Origin: Bacillales bacterium
GTDB lineage: Bacteria > Bacillota > Bacilli > Paenibacillales > CANHCR01
Assembly: GCA_947459205.1 (NCBI GenBank)
Contig: CANHCR010000002.1
Location: 8,498 to 72,497 of the forward strand
Direction: 5' to 3'
DNA: 64,000 nucleotides
Below are positions 1 to 9,580 of the stretch, piece by piece; the stretch's first letter is position 1; each line of letters starts with the position of its first letter. Position numbers and translations under genes: made by a program. The notes under the pieces were generated by a model. That model was not told the DNA's origin. It saw only the letters and a program-made list of their open reading frames with translations, and ran no database searches.

Positions 1-46
1 AGCTTGCGAACGTGTCCAGTCGCGTTAAGGTGCTTTAACTGCTATA
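1..46. repeat. att-like repeat (core gtccagtc + arm ctttaactgctat), truncated by window edge
   Basis: Matches 44120-44163 and 47222-47265. Confidence 0.75.
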
Positions 47-56
47 AAAAAATAAA

Positions 57-2360
57 TTAGTCCGCTTTCAGTATATACGGTTCATTTGATGAGCCAGTTC
101 CTCTATTAACGTATATAGTAGAAGACAAGTTCAACTGCAATGCTGGTCGAACACCAATAAAGTCTCCATATGCATCATAAATATAAACTAGACTGTTATC
201 GTAAACATAATGTACAAATTCTGATGAATCCGTTTCAGGAGTGTTAACCCAATAACTCCAACCAAACCCGTATTCATAATCCTGCTTTCTATACTCTGTT
301 TTTTTGATAGCTGAGTTGGTTGGTTTCCCTACAATAAAATCATCACCTAAAACGGAGGAATTGTCCAATACATAATCTTTCAATTCTTTTACTGAAAGAA
401 TAAATACTTTATCAGTTATCAATTTATACCACGCCGTGTCATAATTTGACTGCATTTCTTGAACTGAATAGTATGCTGAATCGTGTGTATATTTAAATGG
501 TTCCAAACCGCCGTCAGCTTGACTTTGTTCATTTCGAGTCAATAATACTTTATGAGTACGTGGTTTAATCCACTCTCGTTCAGTTGTTGTGAAATTCCCG
601 TCAGCTAAAAATCCCTTTTCTTTTCCATACGCATTATTGCCATTTTCTAAATTTTCTTTATTAGGTGAGTTCTGATTCCAAGAAACTGCATTGTAAGAGT
701 TATTTAGCCATTGCCTCAAATTTGAATGTTCGTAATTGTTGCTACCAGATTTATATCTATCAGAATTAGAGTTGATATGATTTGGCCCAGCAGCATCAAA
801 AGCCTTAATGCTTATGATTTTATCACTAAAAAGTATCGGATCACCTTCATCATCCTTGTGAATCACCCGCCATAAAATCGGTTCATCATAGTATTTGCCG
901 AACTGGATATAGTCTCCGATTTTCAGTTCTCCTTGACTCACTTTTAGATTAACCGATGCATTTTTATCCATCGATTTGCCTACCGCAGGTTGCTGACTGA
1001 TGACTGTATCTTTAATTGCTTTATCCCATACATACTCAACTTTAATCCGCTGTTTTGTATAGCCTCTTCCTAACAAATCCTTTCTCGCATCTTCCAGCTT
1101 CTGATTTGTATAATCTTTGATTAGTACAGGTTTCGGGTTAACGATTTCCTTCGGAGAATTATTAACGACCAGTTCTTTATCATTCGAAAAATAGCTAAAC
1201 ATCCAGATTCCGCTTGTAACCAGTAAAGCAAGCAATGCAAACAAACCTAATAACCTTACATTCTTCTTACCAAAAGCATTTTTCTGTTCCTTTAATTGAC
1301 TTTTATCATTTTGAATTCCTATGTTCTTTTCCACTTGACGATCATCTTTAGTCTCATCATACATTTGGTCCGTTGATTCCATCTTACCAACCGCTAATCG
1401 AATACCTGTTAATGAAGCCTGAAATTCGGCCATCGTTTGCCAACGATTGTTGGTTTGAAGACTCAACCCCTTCATCACGGCGTTGTTGAATGGCTTAGGT
1501 ACATTTGCGAGTACAGGGATTGGCTCTAGATTATCTTCCTGAGTCCGAGCCATAGCATCATCCGGGACCACTCCAGTGACAGTGAGATAGATTGTTGCTG
1601 CTACAGCATAAACATCCGTCCACGGTCCTTGTTTCCCTTTTGTTGTGTACTGCTCGGCAGGTGCATACCCCGGTTTGAGAATAACTGACAGACTTTTGCT
1701 CATGTCACCTAGAGTTTGTCTTGCTGCTCCGAAATCAAGGAGCTTCACCTGTTTGTCACGATTTATATAAATGTTATCAGGACTGATGTCACGATGTAAC
1801 ATGCCAACCGAATGAACTTCTCGCAGCGCATCCATAACCGGCGTCATAATGTCCAACGCTTCTTGCCATGATATTCGACCACCCTTTTGTGCCAAAAATT
1901 GTTTCAGTGTAATCCCTTCCACGTACTCCATAACAATATATCCAGTATTGTTGGCATGAAAAAAATCTCGAATCGACACAATACCAGGATGATTGTTAAA
2001 CATCGCAAGCGTCCGTGCTTCATCGAGAAATTTATCCAACCCATCTTTGAATAATTCCGTCCGTTCTCCTGAATAAACAATAACATTTGTCTCTCGGTGA
2101 GCGCGTGTCGCAAAATCACGAGGAAGATACTCTTTGAGCGCGACTTTTTGACGCAACATAAGATCAATCGCTAAATAAGTATTGCCAAACCCACCTGACC
2201 CAAGTAGACGACCAACTAAATATTTGCCATTTAACAGTGTTCGCAACGGCAGTGCCTGCGGTTCAGCGGACATCTGTCGGTCATCAACATTGCAAAGTGG
2301 GCAAATGATATTTTCTTTTTTGACTTCCATGCAATGTAAGCATATTTGATTGATGTCCAT
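57..2360 (-). CDS. Hanks-type Ser/Thr kinase with TM helix, PASTA domain and C-terminal DUF6273-like domain
   Basis: GSGGFG, VALKE, HRDISPDN, DFG; hydrophobic TM; PASTA (VISQQPAVG..VNLKVSQG); GDYIQFGKY..ILWRVI..SNLRQWLN..GVRPAL; start taken at MDINQ after an RBS. Confidence 0.9.
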   Translation of the reverse strand: MDINQICLHCMEVKKENIICPLCNVDDRQMSAEPQALPLRTLLNGKYLVGRLLGSGGFGNTYLAIDLMLRQKVALKEYLPRDFATRAHRETNVIVYSGERTELFKDGLDKFLDEARTLAMFNNHPGIVSIRDFFHANNTGYIVMEYVEGITLKQFLAQKGGRISWQEALDIMTPVMDALREVHSVGMLHRDISPDNIYINRDKQVKLLDFGAARQTLGDMSKSLSVILKPGYAPAEQYTTKGKQGPWTDVYAVAATIYLTVTGVVPDDAMARTQEDNLEPIPVLANVPKPFNNAVMKGLSLQTNNRWQTMAEFQASLTGIRLAVGKMESTDQMYDETKDDRQVEKNIGIQNDKSQLKEQKNAFGKKNVRLLGLFALLALLVTSGIWMFSYFSNDKELVVNNSPKEIVNPKPVLIKDYTNQKLEDARKDLLGRGYTKQRIKVEYVWDKAIKDTVISQQPAVGKSMDKNASVNLKVSQGELKIGDYIQFGKYYDEPILWRVIHKDDEGDPILFSDKIISIKAFDAAGPNHINSNSDRYKSGSNNYEHSNLRQWLNNSYNAVSWNQNSPNKENLENGNNAYGKEKGFLADGNFTTTEREWIKPRTHKVLLTRNEQSQADGGLEPFKYTHDSAYYSVQEMQSNYDTAWYKLITDKVFILSVKELKDYVLDNSSVLGDDFIVGKPTNSAIKKTEYRKQDYEYGFGWSYWVNTPETDSSEFVHYVYDNSLVYIYDAYGDFIGVRPALQLNLSSTIYVNRGTGSSNEPYILKAD

Positions 2361-2489
2361 GGAATGCGCTACACCTTCTTGTGAGTGAAAAATGAAAACG
2401 ATAACATACAAAGTTTATCACAAAAATTGCTTGTAGCATATACAAAAACCCTTTATATACCATTGTATAAAAGTACACGACAATCCATT

Positions 2490-2670
2490 AATTCAAAGAA
2501 TCAACGGACCGCCAGGTGCCTTATTAAATACTAGATTTCATTCTATATTTTCTAATCTAGTTTTTGCAAAAAACTAGATTTACTAGACTGTCGTTTGAGC
2601 TACTGTACATAAAAATAATGTATACAGTTTGCGACGTGTCCAACCGAGTTAAACAACTTTATCTGCTATG
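2490..2670. repeat. ~180-bp direct repeat of 47087-47265 containing a tandem pair of att-like sites
   Basis: aatcaacggaccgcc..ccttattaaat.ctagattt..tgcaaaaaactagattt..gtttgagctactgtacataaaaa shared by both copies. Confidence 0.9.
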
Positions 2671-2995
2671 GAAATTCTGCACTTCTTACAGAGTGAGGTG
2701 AATCACACCATTCACCGGGAATTTCTTGTTTAGGTGCTTTACATTTGATGAGTGATTGCTCCTTTTTGTCCGATATCTAATTGATACCGTAACAGATAAA
2801 TTTTATCACAAATTTACTTGCAGCATACACAAAATTTCTTTATAACATTGTATAAAAATTACCCGACAATCCGTGAATTCACTGAATCAACGGACCGCCG
2901 GGCAACTAATTTAACTATATTTTTTTAAGATTTAGGGTATAATTTAAATGTGTTCTTTACGAAGCTACCTGATCGCCAAATCAAAGGTAGCTTTT

Positions 2996-3442
2996 TTAAT
3001 ACCCTTCTTCGTAATCTTGGTCGTAAATAGACGGTTGACGAGTCCGATAACCTTCTATATCGGCGTACATCTTACCATCTTTTCCCCTCTTGTGATAGAC
3101 TACGAACCATAAATGGATGCCGATAATATCCTGGATTTCTAAATCATCAGGAACATTCTTTTCAAACACTGCATTCAGAAACTGAACAAATGCACTATCA
3201 GGTCCCTCGCTCACAAAGAGACGTTTGTTAATGTTGTAATTTTTCACCGAGGTCCGGATCAAAAATTTCACATCAAGCGCATTCTTCGTGCCATAAGGCG
3301 TTTTCACACCTTCAACGATGTTCACATTGACAATCTCCGCATAATATCCGCCTTCTGCAAGCAAGTGCATAGTTTCAGGATTGGATTCTTTTGCTCCAAT
3401 CTGTATAATTTTCTTTGGATCTTTACCATCAAAAATTCTCAT
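2996..3442 (-). CDS. Hypothetical protein, probable phage/MGE-type OB-fold ssDNA-binding protein (DUF669-like)
   Basis: EGGYYAEIVNV..DLEIQDIIG..VYHKRGKDGKMYADI pattern and acidic tail DQDYEEGY. Confidence 0.5.
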   Translation of the reverse strand: MRIFDGKDPKKIIQIGAKESNPETMHLLAEGGYYAEIVNVNIVEGVKTPYGTKNALDVKFLIRTSVKNYNINKRLFVSEGPDSAFVQFLNAVFEKNVPDDLEIQDIIGIHLWFVVYHKRGKDGKMYADIEGYRTRQPSIYDQDYEEGY

Positions 3443-3568
3443 TTTTTAACCTCTTTTCCTTAATATTCGTGAAATGTCCTACTACACCGACAAAAAACAA
3501 TGTGCAACAATCCTAATAGCGCATAGCGCATCACCCCTCTCCAAATTTCCATATAATACGCCTCTCAA

Positions 3569-5269
3569 TCAATCCGGATTTTTCTCAACTTTTGATTCCG
3601 ACGTCAGAATCTTTTCGCCCATATTCATTAGAAAGCCATCATCAGATGAAACACCGGCGTTTGCAAAGAATCGATTCATCGACATTTTGAATTGAATCTC
3701 AACCCCGGACCTGTGCACCGTTACCCTCTCAACAAGTGAGCCGAGTAGCATTTTCTTTTTTTCAATTGGAGCATTTTCATACACTTCGCTCCATACAGGA
3801 ATGAATTGTTGTAGTGCGTCCAGCTCGAGAAATTCAACTTTTTTGCTTTCTAATTTCTCCGAAACAATGGCGATCTGTTCCATGATGTTCTTTTTCTCCG
3901 CTTCTTTGGTTAGAATCAACCTGTTCAACCGATCGCGGTCGAACGAGCTTACCCCTTGAATGACTCGAATGATTTCTCCCTCAAGCCCCAAGATTTCTTT
4001 TTCAAGCGTGTTCAGTTGTTTGTTAAGCTTTTTCAACTCAGTCACCTCAGAAGCTGTGTTCTTCTTTCGCAGTTCATCAATCTCTTTTCCAAGGTCCATT
4101 TTCTTAAGCTTGTCCAAGTAATTTTTGACTTCGTCTTCAACGAGACCTTCAACAATATTCTTGGAAAAAAGCTTTTGTCCGTCACACTGCGCCTTTTTCA
4201 ACGCCTTACCTGAACAACGGTACTTTGCATTTTTACTTACTTTCAAAGTGCCATCGACGGTGTGATATTTGCGCATGTTGTACATTGTGGTTAGAGGACT
4301 GCCACAGTGACCGCATCGGATCAAGCCGACCAAAAGTAATGGACCTTTTGTTGATCGAATGCATGGAACATCTACATTCGCTGTGTTGTGTGGATTCCGC
4401 GCCGCGCGGGTTTTCTGTACGCGATTCCACTTCGCTTCATCAATGATGATTAACTCAGGATTCGCCATTTTCGAGAAAACAGCATCATTTGTGCGACGAC
4501 CGTAAGTAAAGATACCTTTGTACATTGGGTTTTTTAGCAAATAATTTACAGTAGCTGCCGTCCATGTCGTACCCGTTTTTGAAAGAACCCCTTTTTCATT
4601 GAGTGCGCAAGCAATGCGTAATTGTCCGTAACCTAACGTGTCAACTAGATTGTAGATCCACTTCACAATCTCCGCCTCTTCCGGGTCGATGACCATCTTT
4701 AATACCGGCTTTCCTTTCTTGTTCAACTCACTAGCGATTTCTAAACGGTACCCAAAAGGTGCAGAACCACCTCTATACATGCCATCCTCAACTAGCGCCT
4801 TGTGCGCTGCAGTGACACGCGTGGCAGTTTTGCCACTCTCGCCTGAGGATTGCCATGACCGAATGAACGCCATGAGTTCGTCTATATGAGAGTTAAACGT
4901 CTGCTGACCTTCCTTCACTGTCCATACTTCTACTCCTGTCTTGACAAGCTCCTGAATGAAAAATGGAGTGTCGTCATGACGGCGACCGAAGCGATCGAAC
5001 ATGAATGCCAATATTACATCGAACTTTCCTTTCTTTGCATCTAGCAAGATTTGTTGCAAAACATCTCGCTCATTTGACTTTTTCTTGAACCCAGAGACGC
5101 CTAATTCTCTGTACTCGTCTACGAGTTCCCATTCCGGCTTGCTCGCGATAAATTGCTTACATTCACGTTGCTGAAGCGGGATATCGCCCACATTATTATT
5201 AAAAGTCACTTGATTTTTTGACGATACCCTATAAAGCGTTACTACTCGTTTTTTTTGTGTTTCGAACAT
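3569..5269 (-). CDS. Large serine recombinase (resolvase, recombinase, Zn-ribbon and coiled-coil domains)
   Basis: LYRVSS catalytic Ser, GVSG, FDRFGR, APFGY, LKNPMYKG, CGHCG..YRC..C. Confidence 0.95.
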   Translation of the reverse strand: MFETQKKRVVTLYRVSSKNQVTFNNNVGDIPLQQRECKQFIASKPEWELVDEYRELGVSGFKKKSNERDVLQQILLDAKKGKFDVILAFMFDRFGRRHDDTPFFIQELVKTGVEVWTVKEGQQTFNSHIDELMAFIRSWQSSGESGKTATRVTAAHKALVEDGMYRGGSAPFGYRLEIASELNKKGKPVLKMVIDPEEAEIVKWIYNLVDTLGYGQLRIACALNEKGVLSKTGTTWTAATVNYLLKNPMYKGIFTYGRRTNDAVFSKMANPELIIIDEAKWNRVQKTRAARNPHNTANVDVPCIRSTKGPLLLVGLIRCGHCGSPLTTMYNMRKYHTVDGTLKVSKNAKYRCSGKALKKAQCDGQKLFSKNIVEGLVEDEVKNYLDKLKKMDLGKEIDELRKKNTASEVTELKKLNKQLNTLEKEILGLEGEIIRVIQGVSSFDRDRLNRLILTKEAEKKNIMEQIAIVSEKLESKKVEFLELDALQQFIPVWSEVYENAPIEKKKMLLGSLVERVTVHRSGVEIQFKMSMNRFFANAGVSSDDGFLMNMGEKILTSESKVEKNPD

Positions 5270-5298
5270 TACACGAACCTCACTTCATTAATAAATTA

Positions 5299-5481
5299 TT
5301 AAGCGACTGACACCTCCTTGGTCGACCTGGACTCAATGAATTCGTCTTTCAGCATCTCGACGATTTCGTCTTCGTTCAACGAATCAACTTCTACAAATTT
5401 AATGGTTACCCATTGTCCATACTTCTTATTGAACTTCCTCACGCTAATACCATCCGACATCACTTCATACTCACTCTCCAT
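5299..5481 (-). CDS. Small protein directly upstream of the recombinase (possible directionality factor)
   Basis: Strong RBS AAGGAGG, 60 aa; function inferred from position only. Confidence 0.5.
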   Translation of the reverse strand: MESEYEVMSDGISVRKFNKKYGQWVTIKFVEVDSLNEDEIVEMLKDEFIESRSTKEVSVA

Positions 5482-5674
5482 TTCGCAACCCTCCTTACTC
5501 GTCACACTCCGCATAACCTACCGCGAACTGTACAATTACTAAAGGGCAACTAAGTTTTCAAATCCCTAATCAAAAAAAATATAAAGAAGCTACCCAATAA
5601 TCTATAAGACAACCCCACCACTCCCGGTGCTTTTAATAAGTGCAAACCGTCGTATATTTCACATCTCAAAAATA

Positions 5675-5703
5675 ATCTTAAAATTCAATTCACCTCTTAC
5701 GAA
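5675..5703 (-). promoter_or_regulatory. Putative promoter TTCGTA-N17-TAAGAT for the recombinase operon
   Basis: Same hexamers and spacing recur at 11545-11573. Confidence 0.45.
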
Positions 5704-5726
5704 AAATCATAAATATCTTAAAAATG

Positions 5727-5751
5727 AAAAACGGACCATTAAAGGTCCGTT
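5727..5751 (-). terminator. Intrinsic terminator after the resolvase pair
   Basis: aacggacc/ggtccgtt hairpin with T-run on the - strand. Confidence 0.6.
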
Positions 5752-6163
5752 AGCCCACGCGATCAATTCCTATGCGATATATCTTTATCAGAATTTTGAG
5801 TAACAATGAATTACTTGCCGTCAACGTGTTCAATCCTTCGTCAAGCGACACCAACCGAACTTCACCGTTAAGTATCTTATCATGAATTCCCGGAGCAAAT
5901 TGGTTGCCATCAAACAACTTTAACAAATCGGTTACTATAATTAATTTACAGTTATCGTTCCTGCATTCTTCAGCGACATTCTTGAGTCCTAATCTATTTT
6001 GGTCCCTAAGGCCAGCCAAGTCTTGGATCGAACTCACGACATAAAAACCCTGTTCGTCAGCAAACTTTTTTAACCGATCTGTTTGATCATTAAGCGAAAA
6101 AGGATTTGCCGCCAGTGCGTAAATTAATGCATGATTTTCAAAATCATCGTTTCCCCAATACAT
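5750..6163 (-). CDS. Degenerate serine resolvase-fold protein, probably catalytically dead
   Basis: ALIYALAA replaces YxRVS; SLNDQ..LKKFA..GFYVV..QD..G..NRLGL..LIIVTDLLKL keeps the fold pattern; start overlaps the upstream stop. Confidence 0.6.
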   Translation of the reverse strand: MYWGNDDFENHALIYALAANPFSLNDQTDRLKKFADEQGFYVVSSIQDLAGLRDQNRLGLKNVAEECRNDNCKLIIVTDLLKLFDGNQFAPGIHDKILNGEVRLVSLDEGLNTLTASNSLLLKILIKIYRIGIDRVG

Positions 6164-6738
6164 TAAGAAACCCCCTTTTGCTTCAACGCTCTATATAAGA
6201 CTGATTCTGAAACGCCTGTCATTTCTACAATTTCTCTAACGCTACAATTTCTTGAATTGTACAACTTCACAGCTCTCGCTACTTTTTGCTTATCCGTTCG
6301 TGGTCGACCGCCAATCCTACCGCGAGCTCTCGCTGACGCCAAACCCTCCGAAACACGATCACGTAAAACATCGCGTTCGAACTCAGATAACGCTGCCATT
6401 AGCGTCAACATTAATTTGCCAGTGGTTGAGGAAAAATCAAGTCGCTCTTTTAATGAGATGAACGTAATCCCCTTTGATTGCCACCCTTGAATAATCTGTA
6501 GGAGATCCTTCGTCGATCGGGATACCCTACTTAAGCTTTCGACGACTACAGTGTCGCCTGGTCGTAATACTTTTTGTAATTCTGTAAGCGCGGGTCTATC
6601 GATTTTTGAGCCGCTCATTTTGTCAGCATATACATCATTCTTAAATATTCCGTATTCTTTCAATACATCAAACTGCCGATCTAAGTTTTGATCTAATGTA
6701 GATATCCGAGCATAACCAAACACCTTTCCAGTCATCAT
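6163..6738 (-). CDS. Small serine resolvase/invertase (Pin/Hin/Tn3 family)
   Basis: GYARIST.DQNL.RQ, DRPAL, SLSRVSR, ARARGRIGGRP, C-terminal HTH. Confidence 0.95.
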   Translation of the reverse strand: MMTGKVFGYARISTLDQNLDRQFDVLKEYGIFKNDVYADKMSGSKIDRPALTELQKVLRPGDTVVVESLSRVSRSTKDLLQIIQGWQSKGITFISLKERLDFSSTTGKLMLTLMAALSEFERDVLRDRVSEGLASARARGRIGGRPRTDKQKVARAVKLYNSRNCSVREIVEMTGVSESVLYRALKQKGVS

Positions 6739-6879
6739 GAGTCACCTCATTCGTAAATTGTTGGTCCCCCAAAAACCTCGTTTAAGAAGGTTTGATATTG
6801 GAGATATTTTCGGAGGACATTTCACTGTCAAATCAGACACTTTTCGTTGCATCAATCAAATCCGCCAAATACTAAAGTT

Positions 6880-7758
6880 TTAGGAGTGCCTGAAAATTTC
6901 CTTAATGTCAACGATAGGAACAACTACCATCTCTCCCGGTGCTTCTAGATTCGGAAGTACGATTGAGAAACGATTCGCGAAATCCTCTTCCACCCTTATC
7001 TTCACTTCTAAGTCAACCCCATATAAATCATCGTTTGACCATTGATTGGTTAATGATTCGTTGTCTCGGGTTGTTATAATTGAATCGACATTTTTATCAA
7101 TTGAGTACGAAACATCAAAAACCCCGCCCAGTAGTTCGAAATACAAATAACTATATAGATTTTGCATTGCGTACCTCGTGGTAAATAATTTCACTTTCTT
7201 TAAGTCCACAACCGCCGGCTCAACCCGATCGTACTGCGGCCAGACACGCATTACCCCAAATACACTAGATTCAATTTCAGTTTTACTTGGTTGGACCATC
7301 CAATCGTCAACACCGAAATTTTTGAGTAACTCGTAACATTGTGACACAATCATTCCGATTGTTTCCTCTCCATCATAAAACTCCACATAGCATAACGCCG
7401 ATTGAAGCAAATACGAATAGAGCAGATTCTGTTTTAACTGTTCTGTTAATTCATCTTCAATAAAAATCCCGTTTTCTTTTATAAAATCTTTTTGAAAATT
7501 TATAAGTACCTCATCGAGCCTTACCCCGTTCACCGAAAATTCGCTGACATCCATCGTTCGGTAGAACAGAGGATTTTCTCGCCTGTTAAACGTGAACAGA
7601 AAACCCTCGTCGTAGCCGCGACCATACACAACTCCGTGAAACCCATTCATAATCGCTCCGTCCTCCGCGCTACCGGACTTCCCCTCATACCTAAGCGATT
7701 CCGTGCCGCCTACCAAATCAACATCAATCAAATACACCACTCCTCCAAATAATCTCAC
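6880..7758 (-). CDS. Hypothetical protein
   Basis: 292-aa ORF co-oriented with neighbours; no motif recognised. Confidence 0.65.
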   Translation of the reverse strand: MRLFGGVVYLIDVDLVGGTESLRYEGKSGSAEDGAIMNGFHGVVYGRGYDEGFLFTFNRRENPLFYRTMDVSEFSVNGVRLDEVLINFQKDFIKENGIFIEDELTEQLKQNLLYSYLLQSALCYVEFYDGEETIGMIVSQCYELLKNFGVDDWMVQPSKTEIESSVFGVMRVWPQYDRVEPAVVDLKKVKLFTTRYAMQNLYSYLYFELLGGVFDVSYSIDKNVDSIITTRDNESLTNQWSNDDLYGVDLEVKIRVEEDFANRFSIVLPNLEAPGEMVVVPIVDIKEIFRHS

Positions 7759-7936
7759 TCATATTTTACCGCGATAAAGCGTTAAAGATAACGTTTTGGA
7801 GGAGATGGTGAATTAGAATTAAAGTTAAAGTTATCTCTTGAATTTACTTTAGCTTTTTGTATTTTCGCTTCTTTAGCCTCATTTCCAAGCAACTATTGAG
7901 CCTTTTCGTAAAATAGTTAAAGTAAAACAGTAGTTG

Positions 7937-8620
7937 TTAGAATTCATCGAAGAAACTGATTTGCTTAGATTCTTTATAATGCCTGAGTGCTTCTTCGACT
8001 TCCACTTCTGACTCGAAGCAACGATATAGCAAATTCCGTTCAATGTTGTAATGCTGATTGCTTGAAGTAAAAATGTACATCAGATGATTCACCTTATCTT
8101 CGTCAACAAGCATCCGATCAGCTGAGTATTTTCGCTGAGACCAATTAGATAAAAATATTAATTCCTGCTCGCAATCTTCAAGCCGCAGGTTTTCTTTTTG
8201 TTTTGGTCTAAAATCTTCGCGAATCTCTGACGTAAAAACGTCGTCATACCGTAAACCAACATCTTGCTCGAATTTCGACTCGGCCAACCACACCTCACCG
8301 CGCAAGAGAAGATCGTAAGCACGACCAACTTTTGACTCAAGTACCTCGTCGGCATGCAGTAAAATACGATAGATAGTTTCCGCCTCAAATTTAAAATCAT
8401 CCGCTGCTTTACCATAATCAAAATCGTTATTACGCAAATAACAGAGGACCTCGCGCGCGAATCGATTCCTAAGCCAAACCAGACTATCAGCATAACCCAG
8501 AATGCGATTCATTAAAGCGATTTGCTGCGACAGCACAGGTTCTGCTATCTCGGTGTTACCACTCGACCGCATGTCGGTAAGACTTTTTTGACGTACGATT
8601 ACCTTCTTATACATCAACAT
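7937..8620 (-). CDS. Hypothetical protein, paralog of 8786-9436
   Basis: Shared MNRI..YADSL.W.R, FDYGK.A, LEDC..EL.FL..WS, HL.YI. Confidence 0.75.
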   Translation of the reverse strand: MLMYKKVIVRQKSLTDMRSSGNTEIAEPVLSQQIALMNRILGYADSLVWLRNRFAREVLCYLRNNDFDYGKAADDFKFEAETIYRILLHADEVLESKVGRAYDLLLRGEVWLAESKFEQDVGLRYDDVFTSEIREDFRPKQKENLRLEDCEQELIFLSNWSQRKYSADRMLVDEDKVNHLMYIFTSSNQHYNIERNLLYRCFESEVEVEEALRHYKESKQISFFDEF

Positions 8621-8785
8621 TTTGACCCCTCCACTTTTGAATTCTTTCAAAATACACTTCAAAAAATCGGTGTTAAGAATTCGCGAACCATTATTCACTT
8701 GTCCAGCAAATCCTTAACTTTCAATTTTTTAGTTGCTCACCATCTTGAAAATCTTATTATTTCCCCTAATCATCAATAACCACAT

Positions 8786-9436
8786 TTAATTTTGCTTTTT
8801 GAATTTTTTCAGCGCATCTTTTACTGGTAGCTTCTTTTTAATACATTTATCCATCAACGAACGCTCAGCAACATACCTTGATTCTTCATTCAAATAATAA
8901 ATGTAGAGCAAGTGCTGCAACTTTTCGACATCAATTTTTTTAAGACTTTTAGCAAACTTTTTAACGGACCAATCGCAAAGGAATTTTAGCTCGCGCCCGC
9001 AATCCTCCAGATTAACAAAATGCGATTCTTCAGGATCAAAGTTTTCGAAAATATCTTTCACGAAAACGTCTGCCATCATTGCCGTATCGGCCTCAAACAA
9101 ACGCTCTACATACGACGGGTCAACATACTTTAACAAACACCTAAACACTCGACCAACCCTTAACTCCAACGACTGCTCCGATTCGAAAACCAATTCCTCA
9201 ATAGTGTCTACATCCAAATTAAATTCAAGTGCCGTTTTACCATAATCGAAATTGTGGTAACGCAAATGGAGTAAGATTTCTCGAGTTTTCTGGTCCCGAC
9301 ACCACATCAGACTATCTGCGTACGCAACAATTCTATTCATTACTGCACTTCTCTGTTGAAGCATTTTATTCTCATTTAAATCTTTTTCACTTGCAAAATC
9401 CAATTGTGATTGTATAAGTCCTTCGTACAAATACAT
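8786..9436 (-). CDS. Hypothetical protein, paralog of 7937-8620
   Basis: Same shared motifs; RBS AGGGAGAG. Confidence 0.75.
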   Translation of the reverse strand: MYLYEGLIQSQLDFASEKDLNENKMLQQRSAVMNRIVAYADSLMWCRDQKTREILLHLRYHNFDYGKTALEFNLDVDTIEELVFESEQSLELRVGRVFRCLLKYVDPSYVERLFEADTAMMADVFVKDIFENFDPEESHFVNLEDCGRELKFLCDWSVKKFAKSLKKIDVEKLQHLLYIYYLNEESRYVAERSLMDKCIKKKLPVKDALKKFKKQN

Positions 9437-9580
9437 ATAATTCTCTCCCTTTATTTTTTATAATGAATCATGCTATACAACGTCCGCACACAAAAATCCG
9501 ACACTTCTATTCTCAAACCTCTTCATCATTTAACCCTCAGCAGATAAGTGTTTCAATTAGTCTGACACATACTTTTTTGA

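Noticed and set aside
57-300. Complete diversity-generating retroelement
   Set aside because: No reverse transcriptase, Avd or template repeat seen; the IGVR-like codons near 45955 belong to a terminator stem
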